64,000 nucleotides of DNA, from assembly GCA_012295275.1 (NCBI GenBank), contig CM022674.1:14818001-14882000 (forward strand), in the 5' to 3' direction. The first letter of the stretch is position 1, and every line of letters starts with the position of its first letter. Below are positions 39,995-63,816 of this stretch, piece by piece. This stretch comes from Chrysomallon squamiferum. Taxonomy: Eukaryota; Animalia; Mollusca. The notes beneath the pieces were generated by a model. The model saw nothing but the letters and a program-made list of their open reading frames with translations. It made no database searches and had not been told where the DNA came from. The position numbers were made by a program, and so were the translations under genes.

Positions 39995-41709
39995 CATTAT
40001 TATTTTTATTATTGTTGTTGTACAAAATTAAATTGTTCAACAGGAATAATGACATACCTCTGGACAATTAAGAACTAAAGACACTTAATAATGTTTGTAC
40101 TCATGGAGGGTTTTCGTTATATATATATATATATACATATATATGAAGAAGTGATTTATTCTAAATTACGCTTAGAGTTACCTATCGTTCGTTGACACGT
40201 CAAATATAAAACAATTGTTATGACGTCGACAGAGTGACGTCACTGTCTTAACAGCTCAACTAAATAGAAAGAAAGAGAATAACCAAGGTACTTCTGATCT
40301 ATTGTTTTACAACCAATAACAAAATGAGGTAGTGTAGGTACGAGAAAAATAATCGGGTTTGGAAGAAGCTACTACAGACGAGAGCGGTGAGTTGATAAGT
40401 AAACGTTAATTTATTTATTTATTATTATTATTATTATTTAGAATAAAAAGAAAAGAAACAAAAGAAAAAAGTACTTGTTAGTAATGTCTTTAGATATAAG
40501 ATTTATCCTGAATATTTTCAACGGTCCAATATAACACAGCCTTGGTGGACCGTGTCTTTCATAGATTTTCAGGATAAAGTCGAAATGTTCAGACAGAAAT
40601 CAGTTACAAAGAACATTGTCCTATTGTAAGATGTATCTGTCCTGCGTTTTTTGTTCCTGTTTTTTGTTGTTGTTTTTTAGCCATCTGTAAACACAGATAC
40701 TCATAATTTCAGCTGTTTTGTGTTTTACCCAAAGTGTGAAATAAAAAGGACTTTATCCATTTTTTTACTGCAGATCCGCTTTCGTTCAGGGCAAGGTGAC
40801 TTTTGAGATATCAAAAAGAACTTAAGTTCGACCGAGAAAACTTAAGATTATAAATATTAACAATACACAAATACACATGCTTACATAGTTTTGCTAATAA
40901 TAACACACTGAAATGCAGGATTAGACAAACAGAAAGACACAAACGTGGATTGCCAAATATATTCACTTTTCTTTTCTATCATTATCATCATTATCGTCGT
41001 CATCATCATTATAATCATCATCGTCATTACAACTAGTATATAGTAATAGTTTTAGTAATAGTACTAATATAACTACTTGTGACAGCAGCACTAGTACTAC
41101 TATTACTGCTACTACTTCTACTACTATTACTACTACTACTATTACTACTACTACTTCTACTATTATATAATTATTTTCTTAAGCCTGCAAATCTCTACTT
41201 TTCAAAGATCTCACACCTCAGTTTTTATTTACGCTTGGTGAGTAGGTAGTTTACTTCAACTAGGAAGTTCTTCCTGAATATTCTCAACTACAACATTTAC
41301 AATGTTTGGCTGGTGATTTCTTTGTGTTGTGGCTTCGTATATTTGTGTGGCCAGTGTAAAGCTGACTGTGTAATAATATATTAAAATGTCAATCACAGAA
41401 AGTGGGACGAACTATTACCTTCAACACTGTATGATCTTTTCCATCTTCCTCCTTTTCTCTTGCGATATTGTATGCGTGTTTATATGTCTGTACGTACGTA
41501 ATAATATCTGTATGTATGTATGTCTGTCTCTGTTTACATATGTATGTGTTTGCGTGTGTATACACACTCTTTCTGCATTTGTATAATTTTATAAGCGTAC
41601 AGTTTGTAATATGTTATCTAACCCACCATTTCTCTCAACATTCTCCTGTATCTGGACCGTAACAACAAAGAAAAGGCGAAAATGAGAACACGATTATTAG
41701 AGAAAAAAA
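36996..41709 (+). repeat. Left arm of a ~4.7-kb near-perfect inverted repeat
   Basis: Reverse complement of ~44724-49443. Mirrored identical ORFs appear in the track (37262-37525/48914-49177, 41386-41586/44848-45048, 39252-39470/46972-47190). Confidence 0.95.
38330..38647 (+). mobile_element. Tigger-like MITE with degenerate TIRs and TA flanks (inverted copy at ~47794-48111)
   Basis: Left end TA-CCAATTGAGAATCCTTTATCC; right end GGATAAGGTGTTCTGACCCTG-TA; located in the intron between the TM and tail exons. Confidence 0.55.
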
Positions 41710-42080
41710 TGTCCATGACGGTAAATAATTAATTATGAATCCATATTTTACAATATTAACACTGAGATAATCTGTGCTGTACTGTAGTATTTTCTGATCG
41801 GTACGGTGTATATGGTATATTGTGATATGGTGTGTAATGATATATTATATGTGTTGTACTATGGTACTACACAACTAATTAAATGTGAATCCATATTTTG
41901 CGTAAAAAGATTAGCACTAAGATAACATGAACTGTTGTGTAGCACTGTATGGAATGCTACGGTGTTATGTTTCATAATAGTATATATAACATACCCATAA
42001 CTGTCTTAACAATAACATTTAATGATGTATGTGTACTGGACATATGTATTTATATATGTGGGTAAGTTTATGTTTACAGG

Positions 42081-42196
<116 letters not shown>

Positions 42197-42204
42197 TTCT
42201 ATAC

Positions 42205-44350
<2,146 letters not shown>

Positions 44351-46438
44351 ACTAGGACGTGTCTACCTTTCCAACGTCGATCCTCTGTTCATTGTCTGAT
44401 ATTTGATATCTTATAAAGTCGCACGTTCTTCCTGGTCTTTCAACATTCAGTATTACTCAATTTATTGAAACACTAAAGACTAATCTTTATAGTCTTGGTG
44501 TACATACAATCTAGATACATTTACAGCTCACACACGTTTTGACAATTTTGTTTAAGGAGTATATATACATGTATATACTAGTATATGTGTCTTTAACTGT
44601 GTTGTATCCACTTCTGAAGTGCGTCCATAAATAGAGCTGTGTAGAAAAAAAAAATAACAACAACAAATCCCGAGTGAAAAGCAGGTTTTTCACTGTTTTT
44701 AGCGTTAACAATATATATATATTTTTTTTTTCTCTAATAATCGTGTTCTCATTTTCGCCTTTTCTTTGTTGTTACGGTCCAGATACAGGAGAATGTTGAG
44801 AGAAATGGTGGGTTAGATAACATATTACAAACTGTACGCTTATAAAATTATACAAATGCAGAAAGAGTGTGTATACACACGCAAACACATACATATGTAA
44901 ACAGAGACAGACATACATACATACAGATATTATTACGTACGTACAGACATATAAACACGCATACAATATCGCAAGAGAAAAGGAGGAAGATGGAAAAGAT
45001 CATACAGTGTTGAAGGTAATAGTTCGTCCCACTTTCTGTGATTGACATTTTAATATATTATTACACAGTCAGCTTTACACTGGCCACACAAATATACGAA
45101 GCCACAACACAAAGAAATCACCAGCCAAACATTGTAAATGTTGTAGTTGAGAATATTCAGGAAGAACTTCCTAGTTGAAGTAAACTACCTACTCACCAAG
45201 CGTAAATAAAAACTGAGGTGTGAGATCTTTGAAAAGTAGAGATTTGCAGGCTTAAGAAAATAATTATATAATAGTAGAAGTAGTAGTAGTAATAGTAGTA
45301 GTAGTAATAGTAGTAGAAGTAGTAGCAGTAATAGTAGTACTAGTGCTGCTGTCACAAATAGTTATATTAGTACTATTACTAAAACTATTACTATATACTA
45401 GTTGTAATGACGATGATGATTATAATGATGATGACGACGATAATGATGATAATGATAGAAAAGAAAAGTGAATATATTTGGCAATCCACGTTTGTGTCTT
45501 TCTGTTTGTCTAATCCTGCATTTCAGTGTGTTATTATTAGCAAAACTATGTAAGCATGTGTATTTGTGTATTGTTAATATTTATAATCTTAAGTTTTCTC
45601 GGTCGAACTTAAGTTCTTTTTGATATCTCAAAAGTCACCTTGCCCTGAACGAAAGCGGATCTGCAGTAAAAAAATGGATAAAGTCCTTTTTATTTCACAC
45701 TTTGGGTAAAACACAAAACAGCTGAAATTATGAGTATCTGTGTTTACAGATGGCTAAAAACAACAACAAAAAAGGGAACAAAAACGCAGGACAGATACAT
45801 CTTACAATAGGACAATGTTCTTTGTAACTGATTTCTGTCTGAACATTTCGACTTTATCCTGAAAATCTATGAAAGACACGGTCCACCAAGGCTGTGTTAT
45901 ATTGGACCGTTGAAAATATTCAGGATAAATCTTATATCTAAAGACATTACTAACAAGTACTTTTTTCTTTTGTTTCTTTTCTTTTTATTCTAAATAATAA
46001 TAATAATAATAAATAAATAAATTAACGTTTACTTATCAACTCACCGCTCTCGTCTGTAGTAGCTTCTTCCAAACCCGATTATTTTTCTCGTACCTACACT
46101 ACCTCATTTTGTTATTGGTTGTAAAACAATAGATCAGAAGTACCTTGGTTATTCTCTTTCTTTCTATTTAGTTGAGCTGTTAAGACAGTGACGTCACTCT
46201 GTCGACGTCATAACAATTGTTTTATATTTGACGTGTCAACGAACGATAGGTAACTCTAAGCGTAATTTAGAATAAATCACTTCTTCATATATATGTATAT
46301 ATATATATATATATAACGAAAACCCTCCATGAGTACAAACATTATTAAGTGTCTTTAGTTCTTAATTGTCCAGAGGTATGTCATTATTCCTGTTGAACAA
46401 TTTAATTTTGTACAACAACAATAATAAAAATAATAATG

Positions 46439-46493
<55 letters not shown>

Positions 46494-47162
46494 TAATAAT
46501 AGAATTATTATTATTATTATTATCATTGTTATTATTAGTAGTAGTAGTAGTAGTAGCAGTAGTAGTAATTGTTGTTGTTGTATGTATGTGTGTAAGTATA
46601 TATGTGAGTGTAGTTATATTTACAGAAAGAATACTTTTAAAGTAACAAAAAAAAAGAAATAACAAAGATTAAACAAAAATAATTTAATATCTAAAAATAA
46701 ATAAACACAGCTTTCATTTACAATGTTCATTTTAACTGTGATGTCACAGAAATGTTTTATGTTATACGTTACTGGTGACATTAGCGACTGATCTCGTACA
46801 CAGAATTACGTTCACCTTGGAAAAATAATCATAATTACGTCATAATCACTGGATGTAAGTTAGCGGTTTCTGTCTCAGAAACATGTGAGAAACATATTAA
46901 TAATAGTCATACGAAATATAAAGCTGCGTTTCTTTTAGGAGATGTAATTATAGACTAAAGAGAACCTTTCTTTGTCAGCATCATTATTATTTCTTACACT
47001 AGAAATAACAGCAAAATCTCCGTACGAAATGTACAATATAAACCAAGTAGAGGAAATAACATTAATATCTAATAATAACATAGAGAAAACATCTTTACTA
47101 GATTTTTATTTATATTGTGTGTTTATAACTGACGTCATGATGGTTATACAGGTCAAAGACGT

Positions 47163-51452
<4,290 letters not shown>

Positions 51453-53045
51453 GTCTACCTTTTCACCGTTGACGCACTGTTCACTGTCTGATATTTAGAT
51501 ATCTTATACAGTCACACTTTCTTCCTGGTCTTTCAACATTCAGTATTACTAAATTTGTTGAAACACAAAAGACTAATCTTTTTAATATTAGTGTACATTC
51601 AATCTAGATACATTTACAGCTCACAGACGTTTTGACAATTTTTTAAGGAGTATATACATATGTATATAACAGTTTATGTATCTTTAACTGTTTTGTATGC
51701 ACGTCTGAAGTGCATTCATAAATGGAGCTGTGTAGAAAACAAAAAATAACAACAACAAATTCCGAGTGAAAATCCGGTTTAACACTGTTTTTACTGTTAA
51801 AAATAATCTGTGGGTTTTTTCTCTCTGATAATCGTGTTCTCATTTTCGCCTTTTCTGTGTCGTTTCGGAACAGTTACGGGAGAGTGTTGAGAGAAATAGT
51901 GGGTCAGATAATATATTTCAAACTCTATGCGTATAAAATTATATAAATACAGAAAGAGTGTGTATGAACATTAACTGAAAATTAATAAGACACACATATA
52001 CACGCACTCACATACATATGTAAACAGAGACAGACATACACACATACAGGTATTATTACGTACGTACAGACATAAACATACACATAAAATATCACAAGAG
52101 AAAAGGAGGAAGAAGAAAAAGATCATACAGTGTTGAAGGTAAAAGTTCGTCCCACTTTCTATGACTGACATATTAATATATTATTACACACAATCAGCTT
52201 TACACTGGCCACACAAATATACGAAGCCACAACACAAAGAAATCACCAGCCAAACATTGTAAATATTGTAGTTGAGAATATTCAGAAAGAACTTCCTAGT
52301 TGAAGTAAACTACTTGTTCACAAAGCGTAAATAAAAACTGAGGTGTGAGATCTTTGAAAAGATGAGATTTGCAGGCTTAAGAAAATATTAATATAGTAAT
52401 AGATGTCGTAACAGTAATAGTATTACTAGTAGTATTACTAAAACTACTACTATATATTAATGGTAATGACGATGATGATAATAATGATGATGATGACAGA
52501 AATTAAAAGTGAATATATTTGGCATTCCATGTTTCTGTCTTTCTGTTTGTCTAAACCTGCATTTCAGCGTGGTATTATTAGCAATACTCTGTAAGCATGT
52601 ATATTTGTGTATTGTTAATATTTTTCTCTTAAGTTTTCTCTGTCGAACTTTAGTTCTTTTTGACCTACTCAAAAGTCAATTTGCCCAGAACGAAAGCGGA
52701 TCTGCAGTAAAAAAAAATGGATAAGAAACCTTTTTATTTGACACTTTGGAAAAAACACAAACCAACTGAAATTATCAGTTTCTGTGTTGGCAGATGGCAA
52801 GAAAAAAAAAGAAAAAAAAAAGGAAGAAAAACAGAAAGCTATCAGATAGATGTTAGAATAGGACGATGTTCTGTGTTATACATACAACTGTCTTAATATA
52901 TCGACTTTACCCTGTAAATCTATGAAAGACACGATCCAGCAAGGTTGTGTTATATTGGGCCTCTCGAAATAAGCAGGATAAATCTTGTAACTTAAGACAT
53001 TATTAAACAGCACTTTTTTCTTTTGTTTCTTTTCTTTTTATTTTA

Positions 53046-53108
<63 letters not shown>

Positions 53109-53502
53109 TTAAAAAGTTTAAAAATTAGCGTTTACTTATCAACTCACCACTCTCGTCTGTAGTAGTTTCTTCCCAAACCGATTATTTTTCTCGTACCTAA
53201 ACTACCTCATTTTGTTATCGGTTGTAAAACAAGAGATGAGAAGTACCTTGGTTATTCTCTTTCTTTCTATTTCGTTGCGCTATTCAGACAGAGACGTCAC
53301 TTTGTCGACGTCATAACAATTGTTTTATATTTCACGTGTCAACGAACGATATGTAGCTCTAGGTGTAATTAACAGTAAATCACTTCTTCATATATATATA
53401 ATCAAAACCATCTGTCAGTACAAATGTTATACTGTAAGTATCTTTAGTTCTTAATTGTCCAGAGGTATTTCGTTACTCCAATTGAACAATTTAATTTTGT
53501 AC

Positions 53503-53567
<65 letters not shown>

Positions 53568-54202
53568 CAACAACAACAACAATAATAATAATTAGTAGTA
53601 GTAGCAGTAGTAGTAGTAGTAGAAGTAGCCTTGTTATTGTTCTTGTTGTATGTATGTGATTGAGTATATGTGTGAGTGTAGTTATGTTTACACAAAGGAT
53701 ATTTTAAAGTAACAAAGAAAGAAATAACAATATAAACACAGATAAAATAAACATAATTTAATATCTAAAAATAAATAAACACAGCTTTCAGTTACAATGT
53801 TTATTTCAAATGTGATATCACAGAAATGTTTTATGTTATACGTTACTGGTGACATTAGCGACTGATCTCGTACATGGAATTACGTTCACCTTGAAAATAA
53901 TCATAATTACGTCATAATCACTGGATGTAAGTTAGCGGTTTCTGTCTCAGAACATGAGAAACATATTAATCATAGTCAAACGAAATATAAAACTGAGATA
54001 TAATTCTAAACAAAAAACAGAACCTTTCTTTGTCAGCATCATAATTATTCTTTACACTAGAAATAACAGTAAAATCTTCGTACGAAATGTACAGTGTAAA
54101 CAAAGTAGAGGAAATAACATTAATATCTAATAATGACATAGTGAGAACATCTTTACTCGGTTTTTAATTATAATGTGTGTTTATAGCTGACGTCAAAGAC
54201 GT

Positions 54203-56217
<2,015 letters not shown>

Positions 56218-57667
56218 TTTGGGCTAAAATATTCAGTATTCTCTCTAAGCTTGTAGGAAAAGCAAAAACACCATTCGTATCGTTTGAGACACAGCATAAG
56301 AAATTTGGCAATTCGTTATTTAATGCTGTGATTTAATACGTTGAATTTCAGTCCTAAGATGCAATCCTTTAATTTGTTATTACGTCCTTCGAATCACACC
56401 ATTTAATTTATACTTCTGATTTAATCCTTTTAATTAAAATAGTGTTCATTATTCATCCTTCAAACTACAAAAAAAATATAATCTTGTTATTTTATAATTT
56501 GAATCACAACAAACAGCTTAATCCTGCTCAGACCTGAAACAGTTATATACGAAAACCAAAAAGAAAATATTTTATTAATACACATACAATATTTGTAGAC
56601 GCCATTAGGGCAAGTATCTGTATACATGTACATTTTATAACACTTTAGTTACGGATAAAACAATTTAATGCAGATAATATGTGAAAATACGTCATTTCTT
56701 CTTTGCTCGTCCAAATGTCAAAGGTCGCTGAAAAGAGTCAAATGAGTGATCTAATCTCTCTCTGAACAAAGCTATATCTTATGTTCATGTACTACACGTA
56801 GTCAAATATTTCTTTAGAACTTAATATTTCGAGTGAATGTATGTCTGATTTAAGTACTTAATAAGTAAATAGGTGTTCATTTATGCATCCATGCATGTGT
56901 GTGTGTATATATATATGTATGTATGTATGTTTGTATATATGTATGTATTATATATGTATGTATATTTGTATGTATATATGTCTGCATATATGTTTCTATG
57001 CGTGCACGAATGTATAGTATATACAAACACCCTCATATGTATGCAATAAAGTGTACACACACACACATACAAACAAGTATATATATACACATATACATGC
57101 ACGCATTTGTATATATGTGTGCGGATTCATTTTGTTTTATGGAATTTTTTTTTAAAATAATTTATTACAGTTTCATGTACAGAGATACTTATAGATGAAC
57201 GTAATGAATATGAATACAACAGTATGTTTCTTCAACATGAAACTTAAATAAAAAGTAAAAATGGAACATCCACTGGTTAGAAAGGGATTGTGTATGCCTG
57301 TGCGTGTGTGCGTGTGCGTATAAAACAACATACTTAAGAACATGTATCTATCTTTACTACAATTTTATTTTATTTATTACAAATAAAGAAACAGCAGATA
57401 GCAAATAAATATTAAAATCATCTTATCAAACTGCGTTGTTTGATTTAAAATAGTGCACAGAATGTCAAACTTTTGTTTGCAAACAGTCAAAAGTTTGCTG
57501 TTAATGCTTGATGCTGCAAATTTAAACACAGTAAAACATGATTTATTCTGTTTTTCTCATTTCTGGTTGTGTTTGCAAAACAATGTTTGATACTTCAGTT
57601 TCTTTATACATTTTTATTTATTTAATAATTTCATTTATTTTCCTCTGTGACTTGGAAATGCACGTGC

Positions 57668-58901
57668 TCTTCGTTCGCGTTAGACGGAACGTTGTAATAC
57701 TCAGCTGTGTTGCACTGTACGTTGTCCGTGACATTGACGTCGTTGACGTCAGTAGGTTTCATGTCTAAGTAAACGTGACCGTCGTCCACGTTTGATGAGG
57801 TGTTAACGTACTGATCATGTTGTAGATGTTCGTAGTTGTTCTCAGTGTTGTCGCTGTGACTGACGTTCTGATTTTGAACAGAAATGTTCTGAGGATTATA
57901 CTGACTGACATCAGTGTTTTCATAATCATTTTCATTTCTCTGTTTGCTTTCTTTCCTGTTATGTCATCCTTCTTATTATACGATTTAATTTAATCCTCTG
58001 ACTTAATCGTTTTAATTACAATATTATTCATCCTTTAAATTTTCCCTTTAAACCAAACCACAATTTAATTATTTTGTTTTGTTATTTGAATAATGACAAA
58101 CAGTTTAATCCTGTAGAGACGTAACACAATTTTATCACTATTCAAAAACCAAACAGAAGATATTTTATAAATATTCATAAGATATTTGTAAACGCTATTA
58201 AGGCACGAAACACACTGAACGAGGAAGTTAACTGTTTCGCTTCTATCGAGTACACAAATCTGCGGTGTATTAATAACAGTGGCTATAGATTTAAAATAGA
58301 AACTGGTTTGGCAAGTGTGTTTGTAAAGACTCATGTCGTATTGACACAGAAAACACTGTTAAACCTGACTACCCACAACAGAAGGTTTGATATATTACAT
58401 GGGTACATGACTGAGTGTACAAGTATCTGTATACATGTACATTTTATAACACTTTAATAGGGATAAAACAATTTAATGCAGTTAATCTGTGAAAACACGT
58501 TCTTTTCTACTTTGCTCTTCGAAGTGTCAAATGTCGGTGAAAAGACTCAACTGAGTGACCTAATCTCTGACTAAACAAAGCTATATCTTATCGTCATGTA
58601 CTACAGGCAGTCAAATATTTCTTTAGAATTTAATATTTCGAGTGAGTGTATGTCTCATTTAAGTACTTAATAAATAAATAGGTGTGCATCTATGCATGCA
58701 TGTATGTTTATATGTTTGTATGTATGTTGGTATGTATGTATGTATGTTTGTTTATATGTGTGTAGTATGTATGTATATAATATGTATGTATGTATGTATA
58801 TTTGTATATATGTATGTATATATGTCTGCATATACGTTTGTGTGCCTGCACGATTGTATAGTATGCGCAAACACCCTCATATGTATATTAAAGTGTACAG
58901 A

Positions 58902-58933
<32 letters not shown>

Positions 58934-60055
58934 TACAAACAGTTATACATGTACACATACAGATGCATGCATTTGTATATATGTGTGCGGATGCACTTTT
59001 TTATGGAAGTTTTGTTTTAAAATATTTATTACAGTTTCATGTACAAAGATACAAATAGATGTTTGTTGAACATGAAAATTAAATAAAAAATAAAAATGGA
59101 AAAAGTGACTGGTTAGAAAGGGATAGCGTATGCTCGTGTGTGTATGCATATAAAACAAAATACTTAAGAAACATGTCACTGTCATTGTCTCTGGCAGTCG
59201 TTTACTTAGACAATTAGTCTGTCACTAAATATGTCAGTCAGAAGAGCTGTAAGTAATAAATAAGTAAGTATGTAAGTAAATCAGTCAAGAATACAGAACA
59301 TCAGTCAGTAAGTTAATTCAGTGAGCTGATCTCTGAGTTAATCAGTCAATCAGTCAATTGATCTGTCGGTCGTTTACCTTTGTTGTAAGTCAGTTAGTCT
59401 AGAATAAACAAAAAATAATAATAAAAAAACGATGAAGAAAGAAAGAAAGAAAACAGGAAAGAAGGAAAGAAAGAAAGAAAGGAAAAAATATTGAAATTAC
59501 TGACCTGTAAATAAAAGTATTCAAAGCTATAATGATTAAAAAGAAAGAAAAAAAAAAATAAAACGAATAAAATAGATTAAATGAAAAATAAATTCATTGT
59601 TAATAAAAAAATAAAAAATACTTTTACATGGGAAAGAATTTAACGTTGATCTTTCTTTTTGGCCTTCTATGTTCAACGTCGAAGTTACATTTCCATCACT
59701 GCAGGCGCTACGTCTTCCCGATGACATTGCCAAAGTTGTGATTGTGCTACTTTTAGAAGTCGCAGATAAACTAACGTCTGAGATGGTTGTTGAGGTTGTC
59801 GTACTTTGTGGAGTTGTGCTTGAAGTAACTTCGGACTTTGTTGAACTTACAGCTGCAAGACTGCTATTTGGCGCAATACACTGGATGCTCAAATTTCCTA
59901 ATATATACATATTTATTTATTTATTTATTCGTAGGAATATCAATAAATAATACATTATCAGTTATTGAAACTATGACATATGTTTTTAATTTATGGATAG
60001 ATAAGGCATGAAATAAATACAGTTCAATAAAATAAAATAAAACCTGATAATATTC

Positions 60056-60101
<46 letters not shown>

Positions 60102-60486
60102 GAAATTATTTCGATAATATTGCAATAAATATATTTACCCGTATATTGAAAAATATTTATTTAGAGGCAGAAAGTAACATCAATTGATGGAAAGTCTGTT
60201 TTTAAATTAATAAAGAAACTTATGTTATTAAGTAGTCGCGAATATCCTGTTCCGATTGGTTCCGATGTCAAAGTAAACATTATGTTATTATTTAACTGAC
60301 TTGTATACAACTTTGATCCAAAAACTGTTGCTGGAACCTTTGTTACGTTGATGTTAACTGGACGAGGTTGATCGTTTACTTCTTTAACCTTACAACGGCA
60401 GGGAATGTTTGTTTTGGCAGGTACAAAGGCTTCAAGATATAATCCTTTACTCCCGATTTTAACTTCATTTTTACACATCTGTACAA
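57668..60486 (-). pseudogene. R10: beta/T2 pseudogene (R2 paralogue)
   Basis: Domain exon 60486-60139 has TAA at 60161-60163; stalk exon 59897-59628; orphan T2 tail ~57956-57668 lacks an acceptor and its stop has changed to GAG. Signal, micro- and TM exons were not found. Confidence 0.8.
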
Positions 60487-60831
60487 CTGAAATATAAAAG
60501 TGAATACAAATACATCATTTGTTTCCTTGTGCTAAATCAAAAACACCGTTCGTATCGTTTGCGACAAAGCATAAGAAATTTGACATTTCATTATTTAATG
60601 CTCTCGTTTAATACTTTGAAATTCAATCCTATGATGCAATCCTTTAATTTGTTATTACGTCCTTCGAATCAAACCATTTAGTTTATACTTCTGAGATAAT
60701 CCTTTTAATTAAAATATTGTTCAGCCCGTTATTTATCCTTCAAACTACAAAAACAAAATTAATCCTGTTACTTTAAAATTTGAATCACAATAAACAGCTT
60801 AATCTATCCTGCATAGACGTAAAACAGTTCT

Positions 60832-60909
<78 letters not shown>

Positions 60910-61355
60910 GACGACACAGAGAGATACATATATATATATATATACACAGAGAGAAAATGAAAGAAAGAAAAGCTAATAATTGAGAATAAAAAAATAATAA
61001 TCCGATTCAACGACAGAGAGAGACAGAGAACTGAAGACAGAGAGAAAAAAGATAAAGATGTAATGCATGTAAAAAGAAAAAGAAGAGATATTTACAAAAA
61101 GTAATTCACTTGAGAAAGTGTCTTTATCCAGTCTTCAGAAGTAAAAAACTTCTCAGACATGTTGATAATTATAACAGTAGTTGTAAATAATTTGTCAGTT
61201 TGATGTACGCTGAGATGCACATACACAAAGAGACATGCAATCAGACTTGAAGCAAGAAAAAGTAAGAAGTATTAGAAGGAGATATGACGTCCTTATTATA
61301 TCAGGCATGACGGTTTTAAGTGTTCTGTTTTATTTTTGTTTTTTTCCTGTTACAG

Positions 61356-63816
61356 CTAACAAGGCCTGTAAAAACCAAAATACTGGAAATTATCCAGGTA
61401 CGTGATAAAAATAATATTTAATTCAGTTTTAATTCAGTTAAGGGTATTATTATAAACTCTTTTATTTTCCTAAGAAGAACTATAACTATAATTATAACTG
61501 GAATTATGATGTCTTTTTTTTATTATTAGTAGTAGTATTAAAGTAGTAAGAAGGATAGTGGTAGTAGTAGTAATAGTAGTTGTAATAGCGGTAGTAGTGG
61601 TAGATATTGTATGTGGTAGCTGTTTTGATTTGGTGGTGGTTCTAGTTAATAGGTGGTGGTTGTAGTTATATTTGGTAGTTGATGTAGTGACTGTGGTGGT
61701 ATTGGTTGTCGTGGTAATGTTTTCAACACATGTTTGTTCTTGTTTTTGTAATGTGTACGATTTGCTACGTGTTTATGTATGTGAAAAAATTATTTAAACT
61801 GTTATTTTTTATTTTGTTTTCAGTCATAGGCATGTGTAATGATGGAGTCATCAGTGGAAATGAACGAGTTTATCTTGATGCCTTTGTACCAACCAACATA
61901 ACAACAAAGTGTATCTGTTCTGTTACTAGAACACCAAGATCATTGATAACAATTAACAGGAATATAATACCTGACAAAAACTGTGGTTCAATATTATTGT
62001 TTAATCATGAAAATCCCATAAAATTTTCCTGCGAAACGAAAACTGATGAAAGACCAGCAAATGTTAGGTATGTGGACAGTACAGGATTTAATATCAGTCT
62101 AGAAACATCTAATCCAAGCTTCAATATCAGTTACTGTGTTGCATTCTATAACACAGAAAACTCAGGTACTAATAATAGGTAATGACAAACGTAGTAATAA
62201 CTGTTAATGTTGCTTTTGCAAAAATAGAAAAAAATTATATTAGCAGTAATTCTACAGTGATAACAAAAGTAGTAATAAAAGAAAGTTGTTACTAGTTTAA
62301 GAGATGTAGCATATGTGGGCGAAGGGTAGTGCAATGTTAGAACTGAATGTCACCAGCCTAGAAATATCGAATCTCAACTTCAATTTCAGTTATTGTTTTC
62401 CTCTTATTATTTTATTAGTATAATCTTTTTTCCTTTTACAGGTATTATAAGGATCCAGTGTTATTCACCAAGCAAAGCTACCACATCTCAAACAACAGCA
62501 TCAACGACAACAGCTGAGGAAACATTAAAACATGTATTTGACAAATTCACCTCAGTTTTGACGAAAACAAACAGTTCACAAAAGATAACAACTCAACACA
62601 TGCCAATACTGCTTCCTGAACAAGAATCTTTCCCAGGTACTAAATCATGTTCTTATGTTTTATTTGTGATGTGGAGGCCTTATACTGATTTAATAAAAGT
62701 ATGAACTCATTTAGTTATATAAAATATGTTATGTACATGTACATATATATCGGTGTATATACACACACAAACATATATACATACATACAAACATACACAC
62801 ATACATATACAAACACACATATATGCAGATTGCTTAAATTATTTCTGTCTGAATGAGCTTAACGATGGAATTTATTTTGTATATGTCTTTTCTAATAAAC
62901 TTAAAGTTATTTATAAAAATATCAGGACATTCGCTCTTTTCTTACTGTTTTCATTGTTACTACTACTAGTAGTGTTACTGCTACGTCTACTACTACTACT
63001 ACTACTACTAATATTAGTATTACTGTTATTACTCTCAGTTGCTGCTGTAGCTGGTGTTGTTGGCACTTTAATAATACTTGTCGTGGTATCTGCCGTAGTT
63101 ATCATCTATTCAAGGTAACACATTTAAATCCATAAACTAATGTGGTAGCTTCAAATTATAATTTCACACACGACTACAGCCATAATCAGTTTTCCAGTAT
63201 AACTTCAAGAACAATGTTTTCAATGTAGTAGCATTAGTAGTATTAATATTAGGAGTGGAAGACCTAGTGGCCATAGTAAAAGTAGCAACAGTGGTTATTA
63301 TTACCGATACTATTATTATTGTTATTACTACTAATCTACTACTACTACTACTTCTACTAGAATTGTTCTTGTTGTTATTTTTTCTTTTTGTTACCGTTAT
63401 TGCGTTGTTGCCGTTGTCGTTGCTCATTGTGTTGTATTTTTCCTCTATATTATTACTGTTGTTGCCGCTGCTGTTGTTGTTATTGCAGAAGGAAATCAAA
63501 ACGCAAAGAGAGAGAACCCAATGCAGCAAATGACATGAACAACGATCTACATCAACAAGGCACTGGACGTCAGCCTGATTCAGAACAAAACGTCACTTCT
63601 AACACCAGCAACGACAACTATGAACATTTACAACATAACGCTGTGCAGTATGTGAACACACCCGACAGCGACAATGACACTACCGTCTATTTACACATAC
63701 AGCAGCGTGACGACAACGAAGACAGCAACTACGAACATTTGCAACATAACGACCCCTCGCGTTACAACTCACATTCAAGTGTCGACGATAGACACGTTTA
63801 CCTACACATCTGTTGA
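61356..63816 (+). CDS. R11: alpha ectodomain with T3 tail; exons 2-6 open but no signal-peptide exon found upstream
   Basis: Exons: 61356-61397 (NKACKNQNTGNYP), 61824-62165, 62442-62636, 63039-63114 (VAAVAGVVGTLIILVVVSAVVIIYSR) and 63489-63816 (..NYEHL..QYVNT..TVYLHI..SNYEHL..HVYLHIC-TGA, slightly shorter than paralogues). Confidence 0.62.

Noticed and set aside
40221-40243. CRE-like TGACGTCA palindromes (also in T3 3' UTRs) and an IRF-like GAAACAGAAA at 21491
   Set aside because: These are short motifs whose recurrence is explained by duplication; the IRF-like site is not conserved in paralogues.
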